A stretch of 64,000 nucleotides of DNA from Octopus vulgaris (taxonomy: Eukaryota), in assembly GCA_951406725.2 (NCBI GenBank), contig OX597823.1, positions 55,180,001 through 55,244,000 on the forward strand, read 5' to 3'. The notes under the pieces are model-generated. The model worked only from the letters and a program-made list of their open reading frames with translations, did not search any database and had not been told where the DNA came from. The translations under genes and the position numbers were made by a program. How positions within the stretch are numbered: the stretch's first letter is position 1; every line of letters begins with the position of its first letter. Positions 27,306 through 41,054 of this stretch are shown here, piece by piece.

Positions 27306-27676
27306 ATCTTGTAATATTCTTATAGAGGTTCGTCAAATTATCATGGCTCTCCTTTCTTGACTCTCCGGCAGTTATTGACCCCACTTTTATAAACTTCGTT
27401 GAGTCTATATGTCACGTGTATTTCATCAATACCATTGAAATATACAAAAAGTATACTACTTTCAATACAGAAAAACCTCAATTATTCCCTAACTTCATTA
27501 CCTGTCTGTCATATTAATATTATTATCTCTGTTCAGTTTCTCTATTTAACTTTGCAATTCTACCATATAAATTCGCAATGTCAAAATTACATTACTAAAT
27601 ATCACTGCAATAAAATAATTATATCAAATTGAGTGATGTCTATGCGATGCGTATACCGTAGTATGTGATGTATACA

Positions 27677-27711
<35 letters not shown>

Positions 27712-27989
27712 ATACGTGCAAACGTGTATATGTGTGCGTGCACGCATGTGTATGCAGTGTCGTGAATGCGTGTTGTGTGTTCGTTATAACGTGTGATATT
27801 TGTGTGTTGTTCGATGTGTGTGTGCGTGTGTCTTATTTATATATTGTGTGTATGGCTATGTTTGTCGTGTGTTGTCTATGTATGATGCATGTGTCGTATA
27901 GTATGCATGTGCGTGTTGTATATATAGTGTGAGTATGCCTGTGTGTTAGTGAGTATGTGTATGCATGTGCGTGTATAAACATGGATGTG

Positions 27990-28038
<49 letters not shown>

Positions 28039-28770
28039 ATATGCGAAAAAATATATATGGATGTGTGAATATATATGTGTGTGTATGTGTGTGTGAATGT
28101 ATATATGTGTGTATGCGTGTATGTATTTAAGTATGTGTGTGTGTGTGTTTAAGTATGTATTATCGTGTTGTTTACTCTATGCGTTGTTGTTAACCCTCCG
28201 AGGCTAATTTTATATACTTAAAACTCAATATTCTCTTACTTTCCATTATCAATTATGTTTATCTGTATTATCTATTCTATCCTGTCTGTTTTAACATTTC
28301 AGTTCTTCTTTCAAACCATATTTCTATCTAGCACTTTATTGTAAATGGCAATAAAGAATTTCTATAGAAGAGAATAATATTGATTTCTTTGACGATGTAC
28401 AAAAACTAGCTTATATTTTTATTTTTATTTTCATTTTTCATTTTTATTGTTTGTAGGTGAATGAGAGAAGCAATCGATTAATTGGATGTTGGTATGTTAC
28501 TGGTACGTATTTTGTCAACCCGCGAAAAAGTAAAACAATAACAACAACAACAAAAGAACAAGACAAAATCAAAATCAATTTATAAACCGAAGTCGAACCT
28601 GGTAGAGTGTGTTAACTTAGAATGTGATAATACGAAATTAAATAACATAACGTATGTAGTTCGACGCTTGGTAAATATATATTAACATCATCCATTGTAA
28701 GATAGTAATAATACATTGTTTATTTGCTTCACTCTTTTTGTTTCCTGTTCTACTTTTAATAATAATAATG

Positions 28771-28874
<104 letters not shown>

Positions 28875-28889
28875 AATAATAATAATAAT

Positions 28890-29049
28890 CTTTTCTATTA
28901 TGGACACAGGCCTGGTACTTATTTTATCGATCACTACAGGATGAAAGGCAAAGTAGACTTCGGCGGAATTTGAACTCAGAACGTGGAGAAGGATGAAATG
29001 TCGCTAAGCATTTCGCTTGGCTTGCTAGCAATATTGCCAGATCACCACC

Positions 29050-29088
<39 letters not shown>

Positions 29089-29520
29089 TGAGAACTGTTG
29101 CTGCTCATGTATTTTAATTTAACTTTAACAAAAAAAAAAAAAAAAAAATTTCGAACTACTGAGTTTGGTTTAATGGCCTACCAATGTATACTATGAGTTT
29201 CTTTGCCCTAGGAGTCGGGAAGACACTCGGCAAGAAATGGAAGCAAATTTGAAAGAAGAAAAAAAAGTAATAATAATAATAATAATAATAATAATGATGA
29301 TGATAATAATAATAATAATTCCTACTATAGACAAAAGAACTGAAATTTTTGAGGAGGGGATAGTCGATTACATTGACCCCAGTGCGCAACTCCTACTTAT
29401 TTTATCGATCCCGAAAGGGATGAAAGGCAAAGTCGACTTCGGTGGCACTTGAACTCAGAACGTAAAGACGGACGAAATGCCACTAAGCATTTTGCCCGGC
29501 GTTCTAAATATTCTGCTGGC
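28890..29520 (-). mobile_element. Two SINE S1 copies (28890-29050; 29320-29520) in (TAA)n
   Basis: S1 motifs on the minus strand. Confidence 0.75.
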
Positions 29521-29826
29521 TTCCAACAAAGATACAAGATGGAAAATGCTGGACGTTTCGTCTAACTTATAGCAAAATAATTTATCAAACTTTGCAATGT
29601 TAAGGTATTTATTATTTGCTGTCGCATCTCATCATTAGTTTTCTAGGATCGCACAATTTCAGTATAACACAAATAAAAGTCATTTTATTCGATGGAGGGT
29701 TAATAAGAGAACGCGTTCTTTGAATCTGAAACATAAAAAAATACAAGAGTGCGTTTGTTTTCACTTTGTCTACGATGGCCATATCTTGCTGGGAAATCGA
29801 AGCCAAAAGAAATAGAAGGAAAAGGG

Positions 29827-29863
<37 letters not shown>

Positions 29864-30124
29864 CAGAGATACAGAGAGAAAGAGAGAGAGAGGGGGAGAT
29901 AAATTTTGATGTACTTTTTTATAACGAACTTCTACTCTCAACCAACAGAGAGAGGAAAATGTTCGGTGACATCAAAAGATTTACCAATGTGTAGGCGACG
30001 GAAATAAAATCGTGCACTTCGTCTTTGAAGATCCCAATACCACTAATTTGATGACCTCCAAATCATTAGCTACCATAGCCTGACCAACTTCACCACGAAT
30101 GCCACAATTTCCATATATATATAT

Positions 30125-31757
30125 TTCTTTACTACTCACAAAGGGCTAAACACAGAGGGGACACACAAGGACAGACAAACAAACGGATGAAGTCGATTAC
30201 ATCGACCCCAGTGCGTAACTGGTTGTTAATTTATCGACCCCGAAAGGATGAAAGGTAAAGTCGACCTCGGCGGAATTTGAACTCAGAACGTAACGGTAGA
30301 CGAAATACGGCTACGCATTTCGCCCGGCGTGCTAACGTTTCTACCAGCTCGCTGCCTTCACAATTTCCATATATATACTTGACTTGTATTTATGTTACTA
30401 GACATACCGAAGGTTGAAAAGTAAACTTAAACAAGGAAATTTGAACTCAGAACGTAGCAGGACTTAACTAAATACCATTTAGTTTTTATACCACCATTTA
30501 ATCCAGGGCACTATCGTTTGGTTCGGAACGGTACTATTTTGTTCTGGAAATTATAAATCTGTACGAAAGACTACCGTTCAATCTTGAGTGTTATCATTTA
30601 TTCCAAAACACAACCATTTTGTCCGAAATGCTAGTGTTTAGTCAGGAACACCTCCGATAATAACAGCTTCCAATTTAAGCACAACGGCAATAATTCTGAG
30701 GGGAAGGGATTAGTCGATACCTACGATCCAAATACATGACTGATACTTAATTTCATCGACCTCGAAAGAGTTAAACGAAAAGTTGATCTCGGCAGGATTT
30801 TGAACTCAGAATATAAGGAGCCCGAAGAAATGCCGCAAAGCATTTTTCCTGATACCCTAACGATTCTGCTAGTTTGCAATGTTACGCAACTCTGATATCA
30901 AATGTTGGCACAAGGCCAGCAATTTTGAGGGGGGAGGCTAGTCAATCGCATCGAACCCAGTGATCAAATGGGGTCGATGTCATTTTATCGACTCGGAAAG
31001 GATGAAAGCAAAATCGACCTCAGCGAAGTTTGAACACGGAACATAAACACAAATAAAATGTCGCTGAACATGTTGCCCAGAGGACTAACAGCTCTGTCAG
31101 CTCGCCGCCTAGTTCTGATGATAATATTGATTTCAAATTTTGACGCATGGACAGCAATTTCGGGGAGGAGATAAATCGATTAGATCGACCTCAGTACTCA
31201 ATTCGTACTTATTCTACCGACTCCGAAAGAATGAAAGGCAATGTCGACCTCGGTAGAATTTGAACTGAGAACGTAAAGTGAGACGAAATGACATTAAATA
31301 TTTTGCACGGCGCGATAACGGTTCTGCCAGCTCGCCGCCTAGCTTTGATAAGTAATATTCTTTTCTACTCTAGGCACAAGGCCCGAAATTTTGGGGGAAG
31401 GTGCTAGTCGATTAGATCGATTGCAGTACGCAACTGGTACTTAATTTATTGACCCCGAAAGGATGAAAGGCAAAGTCAACCTCGGCGGAATTTGAACTCA
31501 GAAGGTAACGGCAGAAGAAATACCTATTTCTTTACTACCCACAAGGGGCTAAACACAGAGGGGACAAACAAGGACAGACAAACGGATTAAGTCGATTATA
31601 TCGACACCAGTGCGTAACTGGTACTTATTTAATCGACCCCGAAAGGATGAAAGGCAAAGTCGACCTCGGCGGAATTTGAACTCAGAATGTAGCGGCAGAC
31701 AAAATACCGCTAAGCATTTCACCTGGCGTGCTAACGTTTCTGCCAGCTCGCCGCCTT
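30125..31757 (-). mobile_element. Cluster of co-oriented SINE S1 copies, including a dimeric copy at ~31355-31757
   Basis: At least six recurrences of the S1 B-box/central motif (GAAAGG/ATGAAAG..GACCTC..TTTGAAC), all on the minus strand. Confidence 0.85.
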
Positions 31758-31909
31758 TGAGACTGGCCTACATCATATGCCTTACTACATAAACTTTACT
31801 GCACATAATTTTTTATTTGAATATGCGCGGGTGAAATCAGAGTACATCTAATACACCCGAACGTCTTTTAGCCATTATGCCATTACATAGAACCATTCTA
31901 CATATATGA

Positions 31910-32232
31910 AGGCACATGGTTTGGTGATGAGGGTATTTGGCGTACGAGCGGAGGGCAGTGAGTTCAATTCCTGGCAAAGCATTCAGTCCTTGAGCAAGAC
32001 ACTTTATTGTGGCATTGTTCCAGCCAATTCAGATGGCAAAAATGAGTAGTACCTGTATTTCAAATGACCAGCCTTGTACCGTTCTGAGGTTGAATCTCCC
32101 TGAACACTACGTTAAGAGTACGCGTGTTTAGGGAGTGCTCAGCCACTTGCACGTTAATTTCGCGAGCAGGCTGTTCCGTTGATCGGATCAACTGGAACCC
32201 CCGCCGTTGTAACCGACGACGGCGTGCCAGTT
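31910..32232 (+). mobile_element. tRNA-derived SINE sharing the S3 central motif, with a different tail
   Basis: B-box GAGTTCAATTCC; GTCCTTGAGCAAGACACTTTA. Confidence 0.6.
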
Positions 32233-33050
32233 ATTCGACATAATCTTACAAATATAGGATGACCACTGTTGAAATACTTTGATCACAGGTTTTCTCAATT
32301 AGGATTGACCTAGGTTTAAACAACTAAACACCAACAATAACAACTAAAATAAGAACTGCAGCAGCCACAACCAAAAATAAAAGAAAAAAAGAAAATGAAG
32401 ATCAAGCGATAAAAATCATCGTTATAAGATCTGCGACAGCTGTTGAAATTCCTCAAACATTTTACAGTGGTGAAAATGGTGGAAATGTTTCTGATGAAAA
32501 AAAAAAAAAAAGAGATAAAACGGATAAATAAATAAAACGAATGACTGAATGAACGAATGAATAAATAAATAAAAAAAAAATAAATAAATAAATAAATAAA
32601 TGGAAGCGTCAACTGATGCATTACATTGAAGATGTACATAAAATTAATAATCTATTTCAGATTCTGACTTACTGATGAGATTGAACATTCAATTGTTCGA
32701 TCAACTGAACTATTTATTTGCTAAACTAACGTAATTTTCAGGCAGAATCACCATCATAGGATGTGTGACATAATTTGATCTTTGATTTATAGTCGCAATA
32801 CATCTGACGGGCGCCCACGCAGTGTCTGTCGCATCGATTTTATAGCAAGCTACATACATACGTCTATATACGCATGCATAGATACGTGCACACATTCACA
32901 CACATACGCACAAACAGTCGAACATATATGCACACACACACGCACAAACAGTCGAACATATATGCACACACACATATACCTAAAATACATACGTACATGT
33001 ATATATATATGTATGTGTGTATGTATATATACATATATACGTATATATAC

Positions 33051-33112
<62 letters not shown>

Positions 33113-33117
<5 letters not shown>

Positions 33118-33307
33118 TAATCCAAACAAGAAAGCACAAAAAAAACACAACAACGCGAGGACGTGGAACAAATATAGTATTATTGGACGCTCATGAAAGA
33201 AGGGAAGAAGGCGGGTTTAACTGTTCGAGCGGAGCTCTTCGTCGGAAACATAGGAGAAGGGAAGACAGAGGGAAAAAATCGCCAACGGTACACACGAGGT
33301 CACATTT

Positions 33308-33310
<3 letters not shown>
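33113..33310 (-). mobile_element. Short hammerhead-bearing repeat, family H2 (motif 33215-33249)
   Basis: GUUU-CCGACGA-A-GAGC(UCC)GCUC-GAAC-AG-UU-AAAC; both ends in (TA)n. Confidence 0.6.
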
Positions 33311-33370
<60 letters not shown>

Positions 33371-33378
33371 GAGAGAGA

Positions 33379-33558
33379 TCGCTAGCCACTACACATTCTT
33401 TATTTTCTCTCCCTGTTTCTTTCTGTGTTCCTTTCTGTGGAAGAGCTTAGGCTCGAATCGTTAAAGACTTTTCACTTCCCAAGCGTTAAACTAATACATC
33501 TGTTTGTTGTCTCCACCACCTGTCTTTGTCTTTTGTTTTTTTACGAATTCTTCCCCTA
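33379..33558 (+). mobile_element. Hammerhead-bearing repeat H1 (motif 33431-33466)
   Basis: CUUU-CUGUGGA-A-GAGC(UUAG)GCUC-GAAU-CG-UU-AAAG; 3' end followed by (TA)n. Confidence 0.7.
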
Positions 33559-33594
<36 letters not shown>

Positions 33595-33602
<8 letters not shown>

Positions 33603-33880
33603 ATCACGGGACCGACCAGTCCATCAGATGTAGTTACACATCGCTGGTCACAATGCGTTCGCATTGTTTTAGCCTTCGAATGACGCCATCCCGCTGGCTA
33701 AACGAGCAGGCCAACAGAAGAAAGAGTGGGAGAAAGAGTGGTGAAAGAGTACAGCAGGGATCACCACCCCCTGCCGGAGCCTCGTGGAGCTTTTCAGGTG
33801 TTTTCGCTCAATAAACACTCACAACGCCCGGTCTGAGAATCGAAACCGCGATCCTACGTCCGCTGCCTGCCCTAACCTAT
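33595..33880 (-). mobile_element. tRNA-derived SINE, family S4
   Basis: Minus strand: GGTTAGGG head and B-box-like GGTTTCGATTC; GC-rich body; 3' end at (TA)n. Confidence 0.55.
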
Positions 33881-33882
33881 AA

Positions 33883-33914
<32 letters not shown>

Positions 33915-34165
33915 GTAAATGAGAGAGAGAGAGAGAGAGAAGCGGGAGACAGAGAGATGGTAATAATAATAATAATAATCCATGGATGAAAGTTATAAAT
34001 ATTTTAATGCATCGCTTTGCGCGTTCTCACAAATCATATGTTTCTTAAGATCATAGTCCGTAACTCTGGGCTGATTACAGTACAATCCGTAGTATCCTGA
34101 ATATCGTGTAGATCATGTTCCTGTGTTCATTTCTTCGGGTAATTCATAAATTGCATCCATGGATT

Positions 34166-34196
<31 letters not shown>

Positions 34197-34214
34197 GTAT
34201 TATTATTATTATTA

Positions 34215-34404
34215 TTCAGTAGTTTTATTTTTATAGCGTGCTTTCACTTCACTACCGAGCGCAGCTCTGTGTGCCTTGGGTATGTGCTGTGATTTGTTGT
34301 GATGCTCTGATGGTTATTGTATGGAAAGTGTTCTGCGTAGGATGTGTGCAGTGCCTAGTAGTGCAATTTTCTGTATGTTATATGTGTTTGTAAGTCCTGG
34401 TGTT

Positions 34405-34412
<8 letters not shown>
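34215..34412 (-). mobile_element. 3' end of an R4/Dong-type LINE embedded in (TAA)n
   Basis: Minus strand: TPGLTNTYNIQKIALLGTAHILRRTLSIQ* plus short 3'UTR; (TAA)n on both sides. Confidence 0.8.
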
Positions 34413-34501
<89 letters not shown>

Positions 34502-34839
34502 TTATCCAACATTATATCGGTCCAACTCGGCGCTACTCCTGAAGACTGGCAGTGCCAGTTGGCACCATTAGGCTGTAAGCCGGCATAATAAGATAGGGGA
34601 CTTTTAAATGCATATTCAATAAGTTTCCCGTAAACGAACTTAAAGGATTACACACACACACACACACACACATACATACACACATATATAAAATATCTAT
34701 ATGTTCACTTCGTCATTGTATTCACTGCGATGGTATTTTGGAAATATTGCACATAGTGTCTGGATGAACAACTGAACTGGTGGTTGTATATACGTGCATA
34801 TATATGTATGTACGTGTGCGTATACGGGAGTATTCGTAT

Positions 34840-34893
<54 letters not shown>

Positions 34894-35789
34894 GTGTATT
34901 TATGTACAATTCATGGTATATTTCATTGACAACGGCAGAGTAAATTTTTATACAAAGTCAGAAACCCAAGGTCTGGAATTATCCAATTTCTACTAGTTTA
35001 ATTGTCTCTTGTCGTTTCACCTTGTGTTGTATTGAATACTTGATGTGGTTTTAGAGTCAGATTTTGACTGCTATTTCAAGCACGGTGGTATCTCTTAGAT
35101 ACCCTTATACACACACACCTATATATATTTGTTATGTACCGCTAGGTCAGGCCCTAATTAATTTGATCATATTGAATAAATGTAGCTTGGCAGTCAACTG
35201 ACTAGGTGCAAACCACCAGCCCATAGCACCGGATACGTTACACTACCGTCTGCATTATGATCGTACTCCACGTTATGACAAGGAGTGGTTAATTTTATGT
35301 AGTACACCAAATTCATGAATAAACATATTCTGCGCCATAAGTGGCGATTTGGTAGAGTCGTTAAAGCGTCGGATAGTATACTCCGTGGTATTTGTTCCGA
35401 CTCTCACTGCTCTTAGTTCAAATCCCACTGAGATTATCTTTAATACTTTCAGGATCAATAAAAATGTGCAAATACTGTGTGACAGATTTGCGTAATTGTA
35501 AGAACTTCCAAGTTCAAATTTGCGTTCCAAGTTCAAATCCCGTCGAGACATACATTTGTGATAAGGTTTAATCCATCAATTAGTTTAACCCCACTACCTG
35601 GTTCTTGGATGCTTTCAGCGGAGTCCATTCTGTAGCAAGATTTCGTGTCAGATTTCCAGTTTGAGGATAACTTCTTTCCTCGTTTTCACCAGCTTCTGAG
35701 TCCCAACAAAGGGTAGTAGTGACCCCTGCCTTCCCTACTGACTAAAACTAAAAGAAAGAAAGGAACGAAAAACTCTTCACACTATCCTG

Positions 35790-36360
35790 TTTAGTTTATT
35801 TCTGTATTTCAAGCACTGCATATAATATTAAACTACATCCGGCAGCGGAGAATTCGTTCGGGAGTTCCAGGGTTTTGCAGAGTGTAGAAACGCCTCTTTG
35901 CTACTTTGTTCCCGGTTTATTCTGAACCGGAGTAGTTGCACATGTCAAGACCCCCAGCTATAAATTAATTAACATATCAGATGTTGCTTCGCGATACATG
36001 TGAAGACTAGATTCAGCGGATTTTGTGGAAGTAACCTTCATGATTCAACGGAGGGGACAGCAGCTAGAGCAACGCTATCTACTATGCAGCGAGCAAGTTG
36101 AGGCAAGGAAGACAACTTGGTCACCTGCTGCATCCGTCTCCATCTCCAATCGTCTTGACCTAATCTTTGCCACTGGACTGAAGATGGTCATAGGCATGAG
36201 AGTGAAGTTGACGGCGAGCAACACTTCTTCAAAATGAACAAAGTCACCGCACAAGTCATCAATCATCCAAAAGGAGGACCAGATGGTCCTCGTTGCTCCG
36301 AGGGACAAACGTATATTTCAAGCACTGACCATAATGAAGCAACGTCTTTGCAGGTGCGAA
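35790..36360 (-). pseudogene. Highly decayed LINE 3' fragment (CR1-like?)
   Basis: AFLHSAKPWNS..LPDVV resembles the CR1 C-terminal WN.LP motif; the rest is barely alignable. Confidence 0.3.
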
Positions 36361-36463
36361 GGAATTAATTATTTCATCCAAGTTATCTTACCCGTTAATT
36401 AAGATGGAGACGCCAAAAGTATATTTTGCTTCAGACGCTGAGCGTTGGTATAGTGTACAACCC

Positions 36464-36708
36464 TTTCTTCTTCTTCTTCTTCTTCTTCTTCTTCTTCTTC
36501 TTCTCTTCTTCTTCTTCTTCTTTTTCTTTTTCTTTTTCTTCTTCTTCTTCTTTTTCTTTTTCTTTTTCTTTTTCTTCTTCTTCTTTTTCTTCTTCTTCTT
36601 CTTCTTCTCATCATCATCATCATCATCATCATCATCTTCTTCTTCTTCTTCATCTTCTTCTTCATCTTCTTCTTCATCTTCATCTTCATCTTCATCTTCA
36701 TCTTCATC

Positions 36709-36762
<54 letters not shown>

Positions 36763-36792
36763 TTCTTCATTTTCTTCATCTACATCTTCTTC

Positions 36793-36843
<51 letters not shown>

Positions 36844-36930
36844 TTCTTCTTCATTTTCTTCATCTTCGTCTTCATCTTCTTCTTCTTCTTCTTCCTCCTC
36901 CTCCTCCTCCTCCTCCACCCCCTCCTTCTT
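36464..36930. repeat. Compound trinucleotide microsatellite (CTT/CAT/CCT)
   Basis: Direct reading. Confidence 0.95.
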
Positions 36931-38047
36931 CTCTTCCGCAGCTGTTGCTGCTCCACCCCACTCTATCTTTCTCATTAATTCTTGTTTTTTTCTTCTAATT
37001 CATATTAAGTCTGTCCACCTTAAACTAAAATACTTCAGTCTTGATAAGACTAAATTAGATAGGTACATACACAAATATTCATACTTAACTGCATAATACA
37101 TTCGTAATATGTACATACATAACACAGTCAAACTATGTAAACACACACATATATATATACACACACACAATCATACATACATTTATACATACATATATAT
37201 ACAATCAAACATACAATCGTTAGCACATAATATATACGTAAATACATAAATACACAAGTATGTACATTCATATGTACATACATATAAACATATGTCCACA
37301 TACATATATAATTGCACACAAGCATTTTTCATACACACATACATACATACATACATACATACAGAACGATGAAGTTCAATTGATTTTCCCACATTTTCGA
37401 ATACTGATTTAGTTATAACCAACTTAAAATGGCGAGATATCTTTTACTCAACGCCATTTTATTGCACTGAAGATTATTAAGTCTATCTATCGTCTGCACA
37501 CATTTTTTTTTTATCCATTTTTTTTTTGTTTCTTTCCTTTCTCGCAGCTCCATTTTTATTTTTAAATCCTCCTCTTTTTAGAAATCTACAGCAAACGACA
37601 ACATTCACATAGAGATAGAAACAAAATCAACCAAAATATAAAAAAAAAAATTAATAATAAATCTCCAAAATGTAACTAAAACAAAGTAAATAATAATAAT
37701 AATAATTATTATTATAATGATGATGATGATGATGATGACATAGCAAAGAAACTGGATGAGAAATGGCTGTAGAAATGGCGGAGACGAAGAGTAACATTTC
37801 TTAACTAATCTTGTTTATATAAATGTGTTTTATCACTAAATGTTTTATTTTTTTACTTTTACTTGCGTCTCTGTTCCTAAATAGCAATACCAGTGATGAT
37901 AGTAACAGTGATGGTGGCGTCGGGGATAGCTTCTGGTTTTACTGTTTGCTGATAGGTTCAGATACTGTAATTGTATTGGTTATAGAATTTTTCGGATTTA
38001 CTTCCAACGATTTAGCTGCTGATATTACAGCAGCAGCAGTAGCAGCT

Positions 38048-38112
<65 letters not shown>

Positions 38113-38462
38113 TGTTGTTGTTGTTATCGTTGTTGTTGTTCTCGTTAGCTATCATCGTTGTTCTTGTCGATGGCAGTCGTGTAAATCTTGTTCTTGGTCT
38201 TGTTTAAATATAATGTGTTTAAGCTGGTCGACGATCTAAGCACTTTTAACGGTGGCAGCTACAGTGGTGGCGCTTGTTAATACTATAGATATGGGAGATT
38301 TTTGGAGAAATGCTGTTAACGATGATGATAAAGACCGTTACGAAAAGGAGGAGGTGGATCAGGAACATAAGGAAGATCAACGACAATAGTATTGTCGCTT
38401 ATGGTGTATTTCACGTATTTCTGAAACAAATTTTCCATACATACACATACAGATGTACACAC

Positions 38463-38495
<33 letters not shown>

Positions 38496-38554
38496 TGTAT
38501 GTATGTATGTATGTATGTATGTATGTATGTATGTATGTATGTATGTATGTATAA

Positions 38555-38842
38555 TCAAGTATTACAAGACAGAAATATCAGGATCGAGCCAGAGAGCGGA
38601 GGAGACTGTGAAAGACCTGGACAATAATTTTTCCTGTAGTTGTTGTTGCTCTTGGCACAACAACCAAAATGCTACCTAAAAGAAGACCGAAAGAGTTTGG
38701 AATTGAAACCTGCATTTTCGACCTGCAGGAAAGTACCATCCTATATTCTGCAAGAACCCCAAGGAAGATTCTTGAGATTTGGGATTTGTCGTCACCAAAC
38801 CTCAAGATAAAATACCTGCTAACTAAATTAGCATGCAATAGT
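38555..38842 (+). mobile_element. 3' end of an R4/Dong-type LINE
   Basis: KYQD..RL..IFPVVVVALGT..FDLQESTILYSARTPRKILE, followed by (TAA)n. Confidence 0.7.
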
Positions 38843-38857
38843 ATAATAATAATGATG

Positions 38858-38936
<79 letters not shown>

Positions 38937-39129
38937 CAATTTTTTATTGGCCACACGGGCCGAACACAAAACAAATAGGGACAACACAATACAAGGGACA
39001 AGTAGGATGTTGAAAAATGCCGTGTATACAATTATCAAAAGAATTAAACAATAATAGTAATTCCCTAAAAGGGGAAAGTGCTTGATCACACTAACACTGA
39101 TTCTGGATATGTATTCAAAAGCCGCCAAT

Positions 39130-40620
39130 AAAAAGTCAGCCATTTGTTAATCATGGATGACCTCAAACTTTATGGTAAAGATGAATCCCAAGTCAGTGCC
39201 CTCGTTGATACAGTGTATACCTTCAGTGCTGATATCAGAATGGAGATTGGACTGAGAAAGTGTGGTGTGTTAGTCTTGAAGAGAGGCAAAATCAAATGTA
39301 TGGACTGGCTGAAGATACCGTCGGGGGAAGTTATGAAACAGATAGAAGAGACGGGCCATAAGTACTTGGGGATTTTGGAAATGGATAAATTGATGGAGAA
39401 AGAAATGACAGAAAAGTTTAAGGTGGAGAACTTGCACAGACTGTACTGATCCTTTAAGTCGAAATTAAACGGACGGAATAAGATTGATGCTATCAACACC
39501 TGGGCGCTTTCACTCCTTAGTTATGGAGCAGGGGTAATCGCATGAACAGTAGACGAACTAAACAGCTTAGACAGAAAGACAAGAAAGTTGCTAACCAGAT
39601 ATAGGACATTCCACCCAAAAAGTGACACAGACACACAGTATGTACCAAGAAAAAGAGGGGGAAGAGGATTTTTTGGATGCGAACACAGCATTGGAGCAGA
39701 AGAAAAAAACATAGCATGGTATGTAAAAAATGTCACAGAACCGCTATTATTAGAAGTGAGAAGGTTAGGCTTGTGTAGGATGAAAGATTGTAAAGATAAA
39801 GCACTGTACAAACAATTGAAAACGAATGAAACCGAAAATAGGTGGGTAAAGAAAAGAATGCATGGACAATTTCATAGGGATGTTGAAGATAAGACAGAGA
39901 AAAGAATGGCTGTGGAAGACTAAAAGTGATTTAAAACTGGCTACGGAGGCTCTAAACTGCACTGCCCAAGAGCAAGCACTAAGAACAAATTACATAAAAT
40001 ACAGAATAGACAAACATCAGAAAGTGCTGAATATATGGATAAAATGGTGTAACCGTATGTCATATTATCAGTCAATGTACGCCACTAGCACAGAAGGAAT
40101 ATAATAGACGTCATGATAATATAGCAAGGCTTCTCCATTGGACCCTTTGCAACAGGGAAAAAACTGGTATGACCATAAACTCGAAGGCATCATCGAAAAT
40201 GATAATGCAAAGATCCTGTGGGATTCTATGATTCAGTGCAACCATGAGATAGAGAATAGGAAACCAGACATAATCTTAATTGAGAAAGAAAGCAAACGAT
40301 GCTGGATCATAGATATAACATGCCCAGCTGTCAACAAGGTATGCGATAAGGAAGAAAAGTCGAGTGATATGACCGGTTAGCTTGTGAGATTAAGCAGTTG
40401 TGATCGATTAAAAAAGTGGTAGTAGAACTTCTTGGGAAGTACATGGAACAAATGGGGGCTGCGATAAGGAACAAAGGGTGGAGTACTTGCAGAAAACAGC
40501 ACTGCTTGGAACCGCTCGAATACTCCGGAAGGTGGTCGAAAAATAAGGGGTGTTAACTTAGTTCACTGGTAGTGAAGAGCTGACACCATAGTACATCTCA
40601 GCGTTAGAAGCAAAATCAAT
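39130..40620 (+). mobile_element. 5'-truncated R4/Dong-clade LINE (RT C-half, CCHC, RLE), frameshifted
   Basis: SHLLIMDDLKLY, GLRKC, KYLGILE, LDRKTRKLLT..HPKSD..YVPRKRGGRG, MHGQF, AQEQALRTN, WYDH, ILWD..RKPDI..IDITCP, LLGTARILRKV; ends at (GAT/TAA)n. Confidence 0.92.
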
Positions 40621-40674
40621 GTTGATGATGATGATAATGATGATGATGATGATGATAGTAATAATAATAATGAT

Positions 40675-40842
40675 GATTTCAAAGTTTTGCCACAAGGGCA
40701 GCTTGATGGAGAAGATTAAGTCGATTACATCGACTCCAGTGCGTCACTGATACTTATTTAATCGACCCCGAAAGGATGAAAGGCAAAGTCGACCTCGTCG
40801 GAATTTGAACTCAGAACGTAGCGATCCTGCCAGCTCGCCGCC

Positions 40843-40843
<1 letters not shown>
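40675..40843 (-). mobile_element. SINE S1, internally deleted
   Basis: S1 motifs. Confidence 0.75.
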
Positions 40844-40931
<88 letters not shown>

Positions 40932-40950
40932 AAGAAAAATATTAATGATA

Positions 40951-40982
<32 letters not shown>

Positions 40983-41006
40983 AATGATGATGATGATGAT
41001 GATGAT

Positions 41007-41054
<48 letters not shown>

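Noticed and set aside
32673-32710. CUGAUGA followed by a 9-bp stem
   Set aside because: No GAAA and no stem I or III; at best a relic.
36388-37096. Long poly-E/D/K/R and poly-S/H ORFs
   Set aside because: Compound trinucleotide repeat, open in several frames on both strands.
37823-38239. ORF with a signal-peptide-like start
   Set aside because: Hydrophobicity comes from T-rich and (GTA)n/(GTT)n sequence; no homology or splice evidence.
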